From contig OX597829.1 in assembly GCA_951406725.2 (NCBI GenBank), positions 53,878,001 to 53,942,000 on the forward strand: DNA of 64,000 bases, written 5' to 3'. This DNA comes from Octopus vulgaris. Lineage: Eukaryota. Made by a program: the position numbers and the translations under genes. The number at the start of each line of letters is the position of its first letter. Position 1 is the stretch's first letter. Of the stretch, positions 26,371 through 39,560 are shown in pieces. Under the pieces are notes generated by a model that saw only the letters and a list, made by a program, of their open reading frames with translations, did no database searches and had not been told where the DNA came from.

Positions 26371-26615
26371 AACAGGAAGCTTTATGAAAATAGACAAAAG
26401 ACGAAGGCAGGTTTACGGAAATAAACAAAAGACGAAGGCAGGTGGAATACAAACAAACAATTGTATTAGTATGGCGCTCAGGAAATATAAATAAAACAAG
26501 TCTTTAACGTTTCGAGCCTATGCTCTTCAACAGAAAGATACACAGAGAAGAAACACAGAAAGAAGGAGAGAAAAAAATGCGTGCAGAGGCTAGCGAATCA
26601 ACATGGTGATCTGAT
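26371..26615 (-). mobile_element. PLE-tail-like element with a minimal hammerhead-like motif (26500-26538); second copy at ~42052-42350
   Basis: Minus strand TCTTT-CTGTTGA-A-GAGCatagGCTC-GAAA-CG-T-T|AAAGA; flanked by (TA)n. Confidence 0.6.
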
Positions 26616-28332
26616 TTCGATATATATATGTATGGGTTGATGCCAATGCTGCCTGACTAGCTCCTCGTGCCAGTGGTACGTAAAAAGCACCATCTAAATT
26701 TGGTCGATACCAGTGCCATCTGACTGGTTCCCATGCCGGTGGCACATAAAAAGCATCCACTATGCTCTTAGAATGGTTCACATTAGGAAGGGCATCCAGT
26801 TGTAGAAACCTTGCCAGATCAGATTGGAGCCTGGTGCAGCCCACTGGCTTGCCAGTCCTCAGTCAAATCGTCCAACCCATGCCAGCATGGAAAACAGACT
26901 TTAAACAATGATGATGATGATTATATACATATAGATAGATATTGATATTATATATATGTGTATATATAGATAGATGTATATAGATATTTATATGTAAGTA
27001 TTAGTTAGATAGATTATGGTAGTCTCTCAGTCTGGAAAAAGACAATTCTGCAGTTTTTTTTTTTAACAACCTGTGCCAAGGATTTGTCTATAAGGATCGA
27101 ATGTGTGTGCTATAGATTAGCTCAATCCTTCCATCAAATCGACATTACCTGTACAGGTGCACAAGCATGCTACATAATCAGATGTCGAAATGATTTTAGA
27201 ACAAGATGAGATGAAGTGTTTTGCTCAAGAACACAATGCATAACCCAGTCAAGGAATTGAAACCACGATCTTGTGATGAGTACAACACCTAAACCACTAG
27301 GTCATATATATAGAAAGATGCTGAGCATCCTACCACCACTTTCTTCAAACTACTCAACCTTCTATTTCTTATTAGAAGCATCCCGGGCTCCTTTCATCAC
27401 ACTCTAGCCATTCAACACCTGGCATAGAACCAGTGCCCCTCCACCTCTCAAATATTGCCATCCTGCATTTAATCAAGGTTTTTCCCTGTCCATCTTTATT
27501 TTTTTTCTAACTCCATCTACCTGTTCCTTTCTTGCCTTGCAAGTTACTTGGCAACCCTGCTAGTGTTGGTGCCACATAAAAAATCATCCAGTACTACTCT
27601 GTAAAGTGGATGACACTAGCAAGAAGGAAATCCAGCCTAGAAACCTAGGCAGAGCGGATAGTGGAGCTTGATATAGTTTTCTGATTTTCCCGTTCCTGTC
27701 AAACCGTCCAGTCCATGGCATCATGGAAAGAACATTAGATGATGATTTTATATACATATATGTATAAATATTAAACTATTTCTGGATAATTTTCTTTTCC
27801 TCCCTCTATTGTGGTAAAAGTTTGGTATATACTCAAAAGTATTCATAAAACATTTGATCCTTTTGTTATGATTTATTCTTCTTAATAATCCTCTGAATAA
27901 CCCTAAACTTTAACTTTATACAATATAGCAATATTGTTTAAAATATTTAACTATAGTACTACATGATAAGATTTCCCCTGTTTCATTATCAATGGTCTGC
28001 TAGTGGCCAGCCCCCTTAATTGTCAGCTAACATCTTGATTTAAGTTTTCCTTTACCAAATCTCATGATATCACCTCAAATAAATCTTGATTTTTATGACT
28101 ATACCCACAATGATTTCTGTTGACTCTCTCAGCCCTACCCCTAACAGACCCGGCCTTAGATATACAAGGATTTGATAAAACTAGTCTACAAATTAAAACT
28201 GACCCTATTGTGATAAGCAAAATCTGTAACAAGTCTTTCTCCCTGATACCTTAGTAGCTTCTAAGTGGAAGGAAGGGCAACAATATTCTTTGTCTATCTC
28301 CTTAACTTCTTGGAGATTTTAGGCAAAATTAT

Positions 28333-28712
28333 ACTCTACTCTTTTACTTGTTTCAGTCATTTGACTGCGGCCATGCTGGAGCACCGCCTTTAGTCGAGCA
28401 AATCGACCCCAGGACTTATTCTTTGTAAGCCCAGTACTTATTCTATCGGTCTGTTTTGCCGAACCGCTAAGTAACGGGGACGTAAACACACCAGCATCGG
28501 TTGTCAAGCAATGCTTGGGGGACAAACACAGACACACAAACATATATATATATACATATATACGACAGGCTTCTTTCAGTTTCCATCTACCAAATCCACT
28601 CACAAGGCATTGGTCGGCCCGGGGCTATAGCAGAAGACACTTGCCCAAGATGCCATGCAGTGGGACTGAACCCGGAACCATGTGGTTGGTTAGCAAGCTA
28701 CTTACCACACAG
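28333..28712 (-). repeat. tRNA-derived SINE family C; other copies at ~7423-7806 (+), 10150-10300, 24460-24692 and 34235-34680
   Basis: Head tgtgtggtaagtagcttgct...ggttccgggttcagtccc, cttgggcaagtgtctt core, tail gactgaaacaagtaaaaga. Confidence 0.85.
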
Positions 28713-28989
28713 CCCATACTGTGTCCATCTGTTTTAATTTAATTAAATTCTATGTATTTATGCAGCTGAGGATTGCTCTGCATTTGAATTGATGTAATGG
28801 TTGCATTGTTCAATTAAATGGAGTTGCATGAAACGATTGTACTGCATTACCTCTGGATATCCTTGTTGCTTATGTTAATTTTAATCACCTTATTTTGAAA
28901 TTGTACTGATAATACCGTACTAAATTCTGGTGCCCCAACTTAAGTACCTAATTCATGAGAATCTAAATTTTTACTTTTATATATATATA

Positions 28990-29245
28990 GTAGAAGAACA
29001 TTTGTAATTATGAACAAGTCACAATTATAACTAAGAGGGTTAAAAGGACCCTTACATGTTAAAAATAGCAGCCAAAACTGCTATAAAGCCATTTTATTAC
29101 TATTATTTCTCTTCACAATAAAAACTGTCTGCATGATAAAATGGCTTTATAGTGGTTTTGGCTGCTATTTCTAAGCATGTAAGGGTCTTGAAAACCTCTT
29201 AGTTATAATTGTGACTTGCTCATAATTTAAACATTCTTCTTCTAC
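28990..29245. repeat. Long inverted repeat / foldback element (arms ~110 bp, loop ~35 nt)
   Basis: 28990-29098 is the imperfect reverse complement of 29134-29245. Confidence 0.85.
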
Positions 29246-29390
29246 GTATTTTATAACATGTGTGACCATTGATATATTCAAAAATAATTATTGTTTATAA
29301 TATATCCTCTATAATCTATTTTTACATTACTTTTTAATTATATATGTATATTAGCATGGAAAACGGATGTTATAAAAGAGAAAAAAAATA

Positions 29391-29650
29391 TCTCATTGCT
29401 ATTATGCAAAAGTGTTGTAAGTCCAAAACATTGCTTTTTCAGAAAACAAAAAAAATAGTTTCACCATTCCATAGCCAAGCCGTTGTACTACACTTCGACA
29501 ATTTTTGATATCTTGGCATCAGAAGCAGCTGGAGATAAGATAGTTTGACCAAAAGAACCGGCTATTGCAAACAAGAATAAATATTGGGAAGGAAAAAAAC
29601 GCATTTGGCCAAATTTTGACATACGACAGTTTGACATAATAGCAACGATA
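29391..29650. mobile_element. MITE with ~25-bp TIRs
   Basis: cattgctattatgcaaaagtgt at the left end matches the reverse complement cgttgctattatgtcaaactgt at the right end; TA flanks. Confidence 0.6.
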
Positions 29651-30000
29651 TATATACAATTAATATTAAGCAGATGCAACAGAGTGACTCAAAGGTCTGA
29701 GAGTTTCGTGCATTGGCACTTAAACTAGTTATAGATTGAGGGGTTGTAAATTTATATACCTGTGATGATAGTATTTTCCTCGATAGTTCTGGAACTAATT
29801 GCAATAAAAATAATTACAATGTCATAAAGATAATTCATTTTTCAAACAATTTTCCTGTTATACCATTCAATAAGTAAATTCATAGATAAATAAAATTTGT
29901 GCATGCTTACACACAAGAGTGCTAGTGAACAGTGTATATATATATATATATATATATATACATACATACACACTTGCACGATTATAGATCCACACACACA

Positions 30001-30041
<41 letters not shown>

Positions 30042-30239
30042 CAAAATAAGAATATACATTACATAGATGCATAAGTGTACCTGTTTACACAATCAAACCT
30101 ATATATGTATGTATAAAAATACAAAATGGGACAAGAACGCAAAATACACAGAGACGACACAAAAAAAAGGACGGGTCATTCGAAGCCTCTAATCTTCAGT
30201 CAAGAACCGGATCATCCTAGCAAATTTCGGCTGATTAAT

Positions 30240-30269
<30 letters not shown>

Positions 30270-30275
<6 letters not shown>

Positions 30276-31551
30276 TGTCCGGAAAGTTCATGTCGATTTA
30301 TAGTAGCTTACATTTCGACTTATTTTAGAATATGGTGGAGTCCATAAAATAGGATTTGACTACACCTCCATCTAGTGCACAGTTTAAGCTATCTTTTCGT
30401 AGAAGAAGGTTTATGTTCCTATAACCTGTGTTAATTCTGTAACCCTTTAAAATGGATGACAAGAAAGTTCATTTGCGGCACTTGATGTTTTTCTTTTTCC
30501 ACAAAGGGAAAAATGCCTCACAAGCAACCAAAGAAATATGCACAGTTTACAGTGATGTTTCTTTATCCGAAAGAACTGTACGGATGTGGTTTGCAAGGTT
30601 CTGAGCTGGAGATTGTAGCCTTATTGATAAAGAGTGATCAGGCAGACCATCCACTACAGATGATGACCAAATCAAGTCATTAATTGAGAATAACCCACAT
30701 TGTACAACCCGAGAATTGGCATTAAGTCTCAACCTATCAAAATCCGTCATTCATGAGCACCTGGTAAAGTTTGGGTATACAAATTGCTACAGTGTTTGGG
30801 TACCACATGAGTTGAGTGAGAAGAACCTTTTGGATCGCATTTCCATCTGTGATTCGCTTTATAAATGGAATGAAAACACATAATTTTAAAGCAAATTGTG
30901 ACAGGTGATGAGAAATGGATTATCTACCAAAATGTTCAGAGAAAGTGATCCTGGATTAAGCAACATGAGCCACCCTTAGCCACCCCAAAAGCGGGTCTTT
31001 ACCCTAAAAAAGTCTTGCTTTGTGTCTGGTGGAATTGGAAAAGAATTCTGTACTATGAACTTCTCCCAAGTAACCAGATAATTAATTCTGAGAAATACTG
31101 CATACAACTGGATGAGTTAAAAGCAGCAATTCAAGAGAAACATCCAGAATTGGCCAACAGGAAGGGTGTTGTTTTCCAACATGATAATGCAAGGCCGCAC
31201 GTTTCTTTGGGAACCAGACAAAAATTGCTGCAGCTTGGCTGGGATGTGTTACTCCACCCTCCATATTCTCCAGATATTGCTCCTTCAGATTTCCACTTAT
31301 TCAGGTCTCTGCAGAATAATCTTAATGGTAAAAATTTCAATTCCTTGGATGACGTAAAAAGATACATTGATGAATTCTTTGCCACAAAACCACTTCAATT
31401 CTGGGAAGAGGGTATTTTCAAGTTAAAGCAAAGATGGAGACACGTTGTGCAACAAAATGGTTCATATTTGGTTGATTAAAAATGTAATGGCAAGTATTAT
31501 TGACCTTTTTTTTTCCTTTAAAAATTAGCACAAACTTTCCGGACAACCCTA
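30270..31551 (+). mobile_element. Full-length (~1.28 kb) mariner element, DD34D, mellifera-subfamily-like
   Basis: TIRs tagggttgtccggaaagtt / aactttccggacaacccta inside (TA)n; motifs WVPHEL, VTGDEKW, HDNARPH and YSPDIAPSDFHLF. Confidence 0.95.
30452..31479 (+). pseudogene. Mariner transposase pseudogene
   Basis: MDDKKVHLRHLM... with TGA stops at 30602, 30635 and 30946, and a TAA plus frameshift near 30880. Confidence 0.92.
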
Positions 31552-32037
31552 TATATATATATATATATATGTATGTATATATAAGGCCATACAAAAACAC
31601 ACACATGCACACATAACTGGAGTATTCTGACATCCAGAAAATGACTTGAATAATTATAGATTCACGCAGCTGATGCAGAGGAAAGGAAAAGTCTAATAAG
31701 ACAGATACATGAGCATGATGACATTCTGCAAGTTAGATGTGATGATACGTAAGAACAAGGATGGGCTCACAGTAACAGAGAAAGGGGAGATGAAAGAGGC
31801 AACTATCACAGCAATAATTTCTTCCTTCAACAAATCAGCCACTGGATTTTACTTTTTCAAACATATGTGAAACTCTTTGCTTTAAAGATAGGTAAGTGTT
31901 GGCGACGGGAAGGGCACCCAGCTGTAAAACAATGCATTAGTAATAAATTTGTTTAACCTATGCTAGCATGGAAATCCTTTAATGTCTGTTTTCCACACTG
32001 GCATGGGCTGGACAGATATAAAAACAAAAATTGATAC

Positions 32038-32068
<31 letters not shown>

Positions 32069-32694
32069 TAAACACTTTTTTTTTTACCATCTTAAAGCTT
32101 TCTGAACATGACTGAAAAAGTATTTCACTCTCATTTAAGAGGATTCTGCAACAAACTGTAGAATGGACAAGATGCTTGAATGGCAATAAAGAATATAACT
32201 AACTCTACATAATTATAAAGAAATAGGAACAACTTAAGTAACATGAAAACACTGAATCTTTATTCCATATGGGAGCAAGCTGATGGGCTTTTATCATTGT
32301 TGCTCATGCATAGAAATAAAGAAATATTTAAAATTAAACATCTTTATGCACTAATAACTACCAAAATAACTTCAGAATAATTTCATTTCTTACCAAAAAT
32401 AGTTTTAAATGTGATTAATTGAAAAAGAAAGTAGTGTCTCAGCATCATAAAATAGGATGCATCTAAGATATGTTACAAGTTTTTAAAAATGTATATAAAT
32501 TAACATGTTTTTATTATCACATAGTATTCCTGATAAAATGTTAATGACATCAATTAAGTAGATGTAAATGGTAAAATGTTATTGTTAAAGAACAAAAGAA
32601 ACAACAAGAAAATGTTTGTCAGCGACCCTGAAATACATTTCAGCAATTTTTAAATATAATAATTTATTACTTAAAATCTAATTTAACTACATTT

Positions 32695-33724
32695 TCAATA
32701 AAAAATAATTTCTGGTATTTGTCCTCCTTGCACTCCTGTTCCATTGGTACTATCCGAGGAACACTGGAATTGGAAAGTCACTTTACCACATTGACATTCA
32801 GCCATACCTTCTTGGCCAAAGTAACTTAGTTCTGCACCATCAAGAATGGCACTGGCTGTGTAAAATGTATCTGCCTCAACTGAAATTGGTTTCTCAAACA
32901 TTACTGAAAATGTCGAACTAGAGCCATCAGAGAAAAAGCTAGTCTGATTTTGTCCCAAAATATTTCCATTTTTCTTCAATTCTATTTTGACTTGATATTC
33001 AGCAGCACCATTACTAGACCCATAAAGACCAAAACCTACAATAAATATTCGTCTGTCAACAGAGAACTGAATGCTGTCGCACCGCCCACGATAACGCCAC
33101 TGGTTACTTCGATACGCTGAGGATTGAAAGCGTCGGCATTTTTGTGGTTGAAGTCCGGTCCTTTGATTATGAATGAATGGAAGAATAGGTTTGGAGTGTG
33201 CAGTGAAATGAAGGAAAATATCTGTGGTTTCCTTTAATGTTATGATTCCAGATTGAGCTGGACCATTAGCAAAGTCTTCAAGAGACATTGCAGGTAAGCG
33301 AATGTGATACATAGCAGACTTCAAAACAGCTCGTTTGTTTTCGGGAGTGGGCTGCAAATCTTGTCGTAAACATTCAGCTTCTGCCCACTTACATGCAGCA
33401 TTGAAAATTGACAATTCCTTAACATTTAACGTGTCCCTTGCCAAAACAGATTGCAGAGTTGAATGATCGATTTCACAGAAACTTTCAGACTTGAGTGCTT
33501 CTTCAGCTTGAGCATCAATAACTTCCCAACATCTTTGTGTTAATTCTTCCTCTTCAAAAAACAGACCGTGACTTAATGAAACACAAGCATTTCGTGCACT
33601 GAGAGTTGTTCCCATGTACTGTACACAGGCTTTTGTTAAATATGGCACTAGATACTTCTTCGCTGCATATAAAGTAGACCAGACGTTGTCAGCATCCAGC
33701 TGGATTTCATCACAATAGATATAT
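32695..33724 (-). CDS. BTBD3/6: BTBD3/6 coding exon 2 (end of BTB, BACK and PHR domains); spliced product 495 aa from the ATG at 35461
   Basis: ttccag| acceptor, phase 2 (R|YIYCDEI); RFQSSAYRSNQWRYRGRCDSIQFSVD and SSDSTNGTGVQGGQIPEIIFY* are diagnostic of the BTBD3/6 PHR domain. Confidence 0.96.
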
Positions 33725-34476
33725 CTGGAAAAGAAAAAAAAATAACATGAATAAATGCCTGTAACTTGCCGTCCAAACATTATGTAAATTAATTACAAGA
33801 ATAATGAAGCTAAAAGAAATTAATGTTAATTGTTTATTCAGTGTTTGATTGACTTCCATATTATTAGAAATGTGAGTGATAATTAATAAAAGTGAGATGG
33901 TAGAATTAAAACCAAAGAAGATAAGCTATATCACATGATGCTTGGTTTTACAAATGAGAAAACAGAGGTCTATAACCCTAAAGGCACAAATCCTGAAATG
34001 ATTTTAGGGGAAGGGACAAGTCAATTACATCGACTTCCTCTGCTCTGTTGCCACTTATCAACTCTGAAAGGATGAAAGGCAAAGACGACCTCAGCGTAAT
34101 TTGAACTCCGAATGTAGAAACAGATAAAATGCTGCTAAATATTTTGTCCAGCATGCTAACAATTGTGCCAACTTGCTGCCTTCCAGAGGAATGGTGATAC
34201 TTTGTATCACTCACCTCATACTACAATAGAATCTTTTAATTTTTACTTGTTTCAGTCATTGGACTGCAGCCATACAGTGGGGGGGGGGGGCATTGCTTTG
34301 AAGAATTTTAGTCAAATGAATCAATCATTTTTGTTTTGTTTTTTTAAAACTGGTATTTATTCTATCAGTTTCTCTTACCAAACTGCTAAGTTACAGGTAT
34401 GTGAACATACCAACACTGGTTGTCAAGTGGTGGTGATGGTGGACAAACAAAGACACACACTTATATATAAACAATG

Positions 34477-34517
<41 letters not shown>

Positions 34518-35003
34518 GTGATGGGCTTCTTTAAATTTCTATCCACCAAATCCACTCGCAGGGCTTTGGTTGGCCTGAGGCTGTAGTAAAAGACACCTGC
34601 TCAAAGTGCCATGCAGTGAGGCTGAACCCAGAAACATGTGGGTGGAAAGCAAGCTTCTAACCGCACAATCACACCTGCATTTCTTACCAGATTTTTGTCA
34701 TCAAGTTATCTACTATTACCTGTCTTTTCTAATGTTTGAAGTGAAGCAACTTCAACCAGAAAGAAAATGTAGACCATATTTTCATCTCACAGGTAGGGAA
34801 GGAAGGTAGCTCTATTCTACCACACCTGTTACAAACAGGTAAATTATTACAGCATGATTAATCAGCTTACATTAACTAACTTAAAAAAAAATCATGAATT
34901 AAATTACATTATATAAATTATTATCTGGCAGAAATTCATGAACCTATAATTATGCAACCAAATAATTAAATCACATCAATTAAGCAAAAAATAATAAATT
35001 TAC

Positions 35004-35461
35004 CTGAGTAAGTTTAAGAAAGCATCAGGTTGAATATCAGTGACATGTATTTCATTGGAATTAGTTTGATCTGCAAGTGCACCATAGAACATAGCAAAGA
35101 ATACTGAACTAGCTGTTGCTAATACATATTTGTGAGCCCATACAGATGTGGTACCTACAATAAAACGAACATCCGACATCAAAGGATTATTAAACATAAC
35201 AGCATTGCGTGCTCTAATAGTTGTCATTGAAGCTTGCCAATTCACTTCTTGACTTGCTTTTGACGTAGGTAAAGTTTTTGGTGAAGGGGCTCTGTCTTTC
35301 CAATTAGTATCAGAGGTTGATTCTAAATGTATTTTGGGAGACTTTGGAATATATTTTTGGTGTACATAGTTCTGGGGAACTTCTTGGTTTATTTCTTCAT
35401 TATCCTTAATTTGCTTTATGGATGTGCATTGCCTTCCTTCAGACATTGCTAGTTTATTCAT
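35004..35461 (-). CDS. BTBD3/6: BTB/POZ domain-containing protein BTBD3/6, coding exon 1 (N-terminus plus BTB domain)
   Basis: NWQASMTTIRARNAVMFNNPLMSDVRFIVG...AHKYVLATASSVFFAMFYG...DIQPDAFLNLLR; acceptor ttgcag| just before 35466, donor AG|gtaaat; the true start could lie in an upstream exon. Confidence 0.93.
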
Positions 35462-35689
35462 GAATTCTGCAAGAGAAAAAAAGTGAATGTATCAAGTTGG
35501 GAAAAATTATGGGAAATTAGAGGAAATTTCCATAATTTGAAATACTGCTTTTAATGAGGTAACATTAAAAAATTTATGAATTTTGAGAATCAATAGACTA
35601 AAGAAATATTTCAATTCTTTCTTAATTCAGCATTTACCCTAAACTTCTCAGCATAACCATAGAATCATCTGTATCTATGGTAATATCGA

Positions 35690-36230
35690 GACTGATGTCA
35701 ACTGTGGAATTAGCAATGTTCCAGCCATATTCCAGAGAATGTGTCATTTGGTCCTCCCATACTGTCAGCCTACAAATAAAGATCCAGCTCTGTAATAGCA
35801 TAACTTCTACCAACACAATTTCTCTATGCCAGGGAGACATGGAAGAGCACCACGGAAATCAACAGAAAGCTAGATGTGTTCCACCAAAGATGCTTGAGAA
35901 GGATTCTGAGAACACACTGGTAAGACCAAATAACCAATGAAGATATTCTTAAGAGAGCCAACACAAGACCATTTGGTGGAAATCATACCAGAACAAAGAT
36001 TAAAAGCTCTCATGCACTGGCTACGAGAACAATGTTATTCTAAAACAGTATTCAAATGGACACCATTGGAGGGGGAAAAGGAAGAGGGGAAGACTGAAGA
36101 CTACATGGCACAGAATATTCCTAACCGACATGGGAGAAGCCAATATCATATGGCTAGAAATAGAGAAAACCACAGTCAAGTGAAACTATTTGGTTGCCTA
36201 ATGCGTACAAGAGCACAAGAGGAAGTTATA
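35690..36230 (+). mobile_element. Degenerate RTE LINE 3' fragment
   Basis: KLDVFHQRCLRRILRTHW*DQITNEDILKRA motif at ~35865-35960. Confidence 0.7.
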
Positions 36231-37504
36231 CTGAGATAATAAAATTCTATATTAGCTGCCACATATTAACATTATAGATGAAGGAGATATAAACTTTATA
36301 AGCTGTAGTAAGGGCAACCCATTTAGAAGGGGGCAGAAACTTGAAAATAAGAATGGATTCAGGCTTGACGGGATGCTACTATCCTACAAATAAGTTTTCT
36401 AGGGTGAAGTGGTTAGTGTTAGAAAGAACATTCAGCATAAGAATCACACACAAACATACACACACATGCACGACATTCTAGCTGCTTTGAGTGAAATGAA
36501 AAGTGGTTGTGACAGGAGGTGAAACTTGTCAGAGACTTCAAATGATGATAAACTTGTATCATTATCATTCATACTATTACATATAGTGACTAATATAAGC
36601 CATTATATTTTAGTTATTACACCCAGAACTATAACAATTATGAATTTTCATAACTAAATGAAAACTAACCACTACAAATGTTAACCACACTTCCACTAAC
36701 ATTACCAATTTATTAGCAAAACCTATCCAGCATGAATTGTATTCATTTCATTTAATACTTATAATACTAAAGTTGTAGTTGAATCCTCCATTAAGACCAT
36801 TCTATGATTACTGTAGAGTAGCGGAGAGATCTGCATTCTATCCTCAACGTTCACATGTTTTCTTGCCATTAGTATGGAATATCTTTTTTTTCTCCCATTA
36901 TAATTATTTCTGTAGTCTTAAGGATCTGGAACACAAAGAAGTTCACAAGTGGAGTGCAATCCAATGGTCGTTTATTTTGAGTTCTCGTTCATGTGGTTCG
37001 CTCTCAGTGACCATCTTTATGGCAGCACGTGGTTCTATGGTTAAAAATTCTTGTAAGTTTTACAATTACAAACATGATTCATCTAAAATCTTGTCTGCGT
37101 TCCACTTTTTTTTATTCTACAATGATACTTGTTAAAGTAGAGTAAGGTTTGTATCTCTGGATGAATGGATGGGAGATAGACTTTTCTCTCTCAGATAAGA
37201 CACCTATCCTCATCGATGAGGACGAAAAGCCTGCATGGTAACTCAAACTGTCAGGAATAACAACCAAATCACCTTTGAACAACACCTAAAGTCTAAAGAA
37301 AGAAAGATATTGGATAATATAATCCATTGATTGAAAAAAAAGCTGAGGTGGTCATGGATGGTCATGGAGAGCTACCTTAGAGGTAAACCACACCTAGATA
37401 CTTGACTTCTTTGTTCTTCTGTTGAATGGAGATCAGGCATGGACATATATTTTCAGTAAACAAAGGTAAGTGGCATGCATTTGTGAAATAAGGCTGGCTG
37501 TGTG

Positions 37505-37860
37505 TAGAGAGAGAAAGGGGGAGGGGGAAAGAGGGGAGGAGAGGGAGAGGGAGGAGAAAGAGAGGGAGAGAGGGAAAGAGGGAGAAAGAGAAAGATAGGG
37601 AGAGAGGAGGAGATAGGGAGGAAAAGAGAGAGGGAGAGAGAGGGTGAAAGAGAGAAGTGAGAGAGGGAGAGAAGGTGAGAGAGAGAGGGGAATAGAGGGA
37701 AAGAGGGAGGAAAAGAGAGAGGGAGAGAGAAAGACGGAAAGACAGAGAGAGAGAAAGACGGAAAGACAGAGAGAGAGAGAAAGAGAGAGGGAGAGAGAGA
37801 AAGACGGAAAGACAGAGAGAGAGAAAGAAAGAGAGAGAGTGGGAAAGAGAGAGAGAAAGA
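37505..37860. repeat. Polypurine (GA-rich) low-complexity tract
   Basis: About 350 nt almost entirely G/A. Confidence 0.95.
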
Positions 37861-39456
37861 TCCATTGAATGCATAACATTCAATATATTCACAAGTTATT
37901 TTTGCTGATCTCAGCTTACTGAAGAAGTTAGGGAAAGCAATAAGATAAAATTTTAAAATAATTGGTTAATGAGTTTTCCATTCCACAGTATCAAACCAGG
38001 GACAGAGTACAGAACAAAGAAACAGAGTATCAGTCATTAATACACACATACAGGGTCATCATTACAGTTTTATAAGGTCTGGCAGCAAGCCACAATATAC
38101 ATAGACCAAAATTAAGGCCCTAGACCCAGTTAGGCCCAGTATGCACATGCCTTAAGGCAGCCCTGAAATCCAATGAAGCAAACTCAGAGTTTTCCTCTCA
38201 AGCAAAGTACTATTTATTTATTTATCTTAACAAATTCTTTATGTTCCCTATCATTCAATGTGGTTGGTCAGATCAGAATTATATCATAGAGCAAATAAGT
38301 GACATGCCCAGATTCCAAATCCTTATCCCCTTAAATTTCACACACACACACCAGCCATGTGCTGAATAAATAAGCTAAGCTGGCAATAATAATGATAATA
38401 ATAATCACTCGATGTCCACTTCCCATGCTGGCATGGGTTGGACAATTTGACTGGGGACTGGCAAGCCAGGAGGCCGCACTAGCCTCCAATCTGATCAGGC
38501 ATGACCTTACTAATGCCAACCATTCCAAGAGTGTAGTGGATGCTTTTTATGTGCCACGGACATGGGGAGCCAGTCAGGCGGAACTGGCATCGACCACATT
38601 TGGATGGTTTTTTTAAGTGCCACTGGCACGGGAAGCCAGTTGGGGCGAGGGGGCTGGCATTGACCACATTTGGATGGTGCTTTTTATGTTCCACTAGCAT
38701 GGGGAGCCAGTCAGGTGGCACTGGCATCAGCCACAACTACAATTTCCATTTGATTGTGATTTGATTTGGATTTTGATTTACTTGGTACAGCAGATCTCCT
38801 CACTTGCGGCATGTTGTCCGATGATCCAAAGGTACTTTTTAATTGGTTATGCGACACTGGTGTAGGCTATGGCTGTGATCTCACTTTACTTGCCAGGTCT
38901 TCACAATAAGTATTACCAAAGTAAATTGTCAAAAAAAAGCCCTATAAATAATGGGTAATATTTAAATATATTTTTATACATAAATACATAATTAAAAATA
39001 CATATATGTGTATATACATAAATTCAAATATTAAAAGAAGTTGGATATGTTGTAACTATGCACGTAATCATTAAAGCTATTATATATACATGGCAATTAC
39101 AGTACTTATACAGCTGTTTTTACACGGTTTTTTTCATTATTTTATACACACACAAAATAAAATGTCTCTAGAAATTAGCTTGATGATCAGAAGCAAATGA
39201 TTGCACACATTCATATATTCTTCATTTTGAATAAAAGTAGAAATGAAAATCAACCTGACTTTTTGATGATGTTTGATGCCCCTTATATATATATATCATT
39301 ATATAATATATATAATTAAATATTTTAATTAATTGTATCATATTTTTTATTCTATTTTTTTATTTAAACAAGAATATATTTGTTAAGATATTTCGTTAAG
39401 ATTGTTTACGTATATTTATTAATTTATCTAATTAATCATTTTATTGTTTTTATCTT

Positions 39457-39560
39457 GAACCTGAAGAGTGGCTATATTTATATTGAAGTGATTTTACTAA
39501 TACTACTATTATTATTACTATTATCATTTCTTAAATATAGCCACGAAATATGTATTGTTA
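39457..39560 (+). ncRNA. Candidate type I hammerhead ribozyme with intact core and long stem II
   Basis: gAAC-CTGAAGA-GTGGCTATATTTA...TAAATATAGCCAC-GAAA-TATGTA-T-T|GTT; perfect 13-bp stem II; stem I only ~3 bp. Confidence 0.65.

Noticed and set aside
32695-33780. 361-aa ORF as a single-exon gene starting MFGRQ
   Set aside because: The first 18-19 codons are intronic (pyrimidine tract and acceptor at 33725); the BTB N-terminus is in exon 35004-35461.
37377-37892. Long L/S/P-rich and R/E-rich ORFs
   Set aside because: These come from the low-complexity GA tract.
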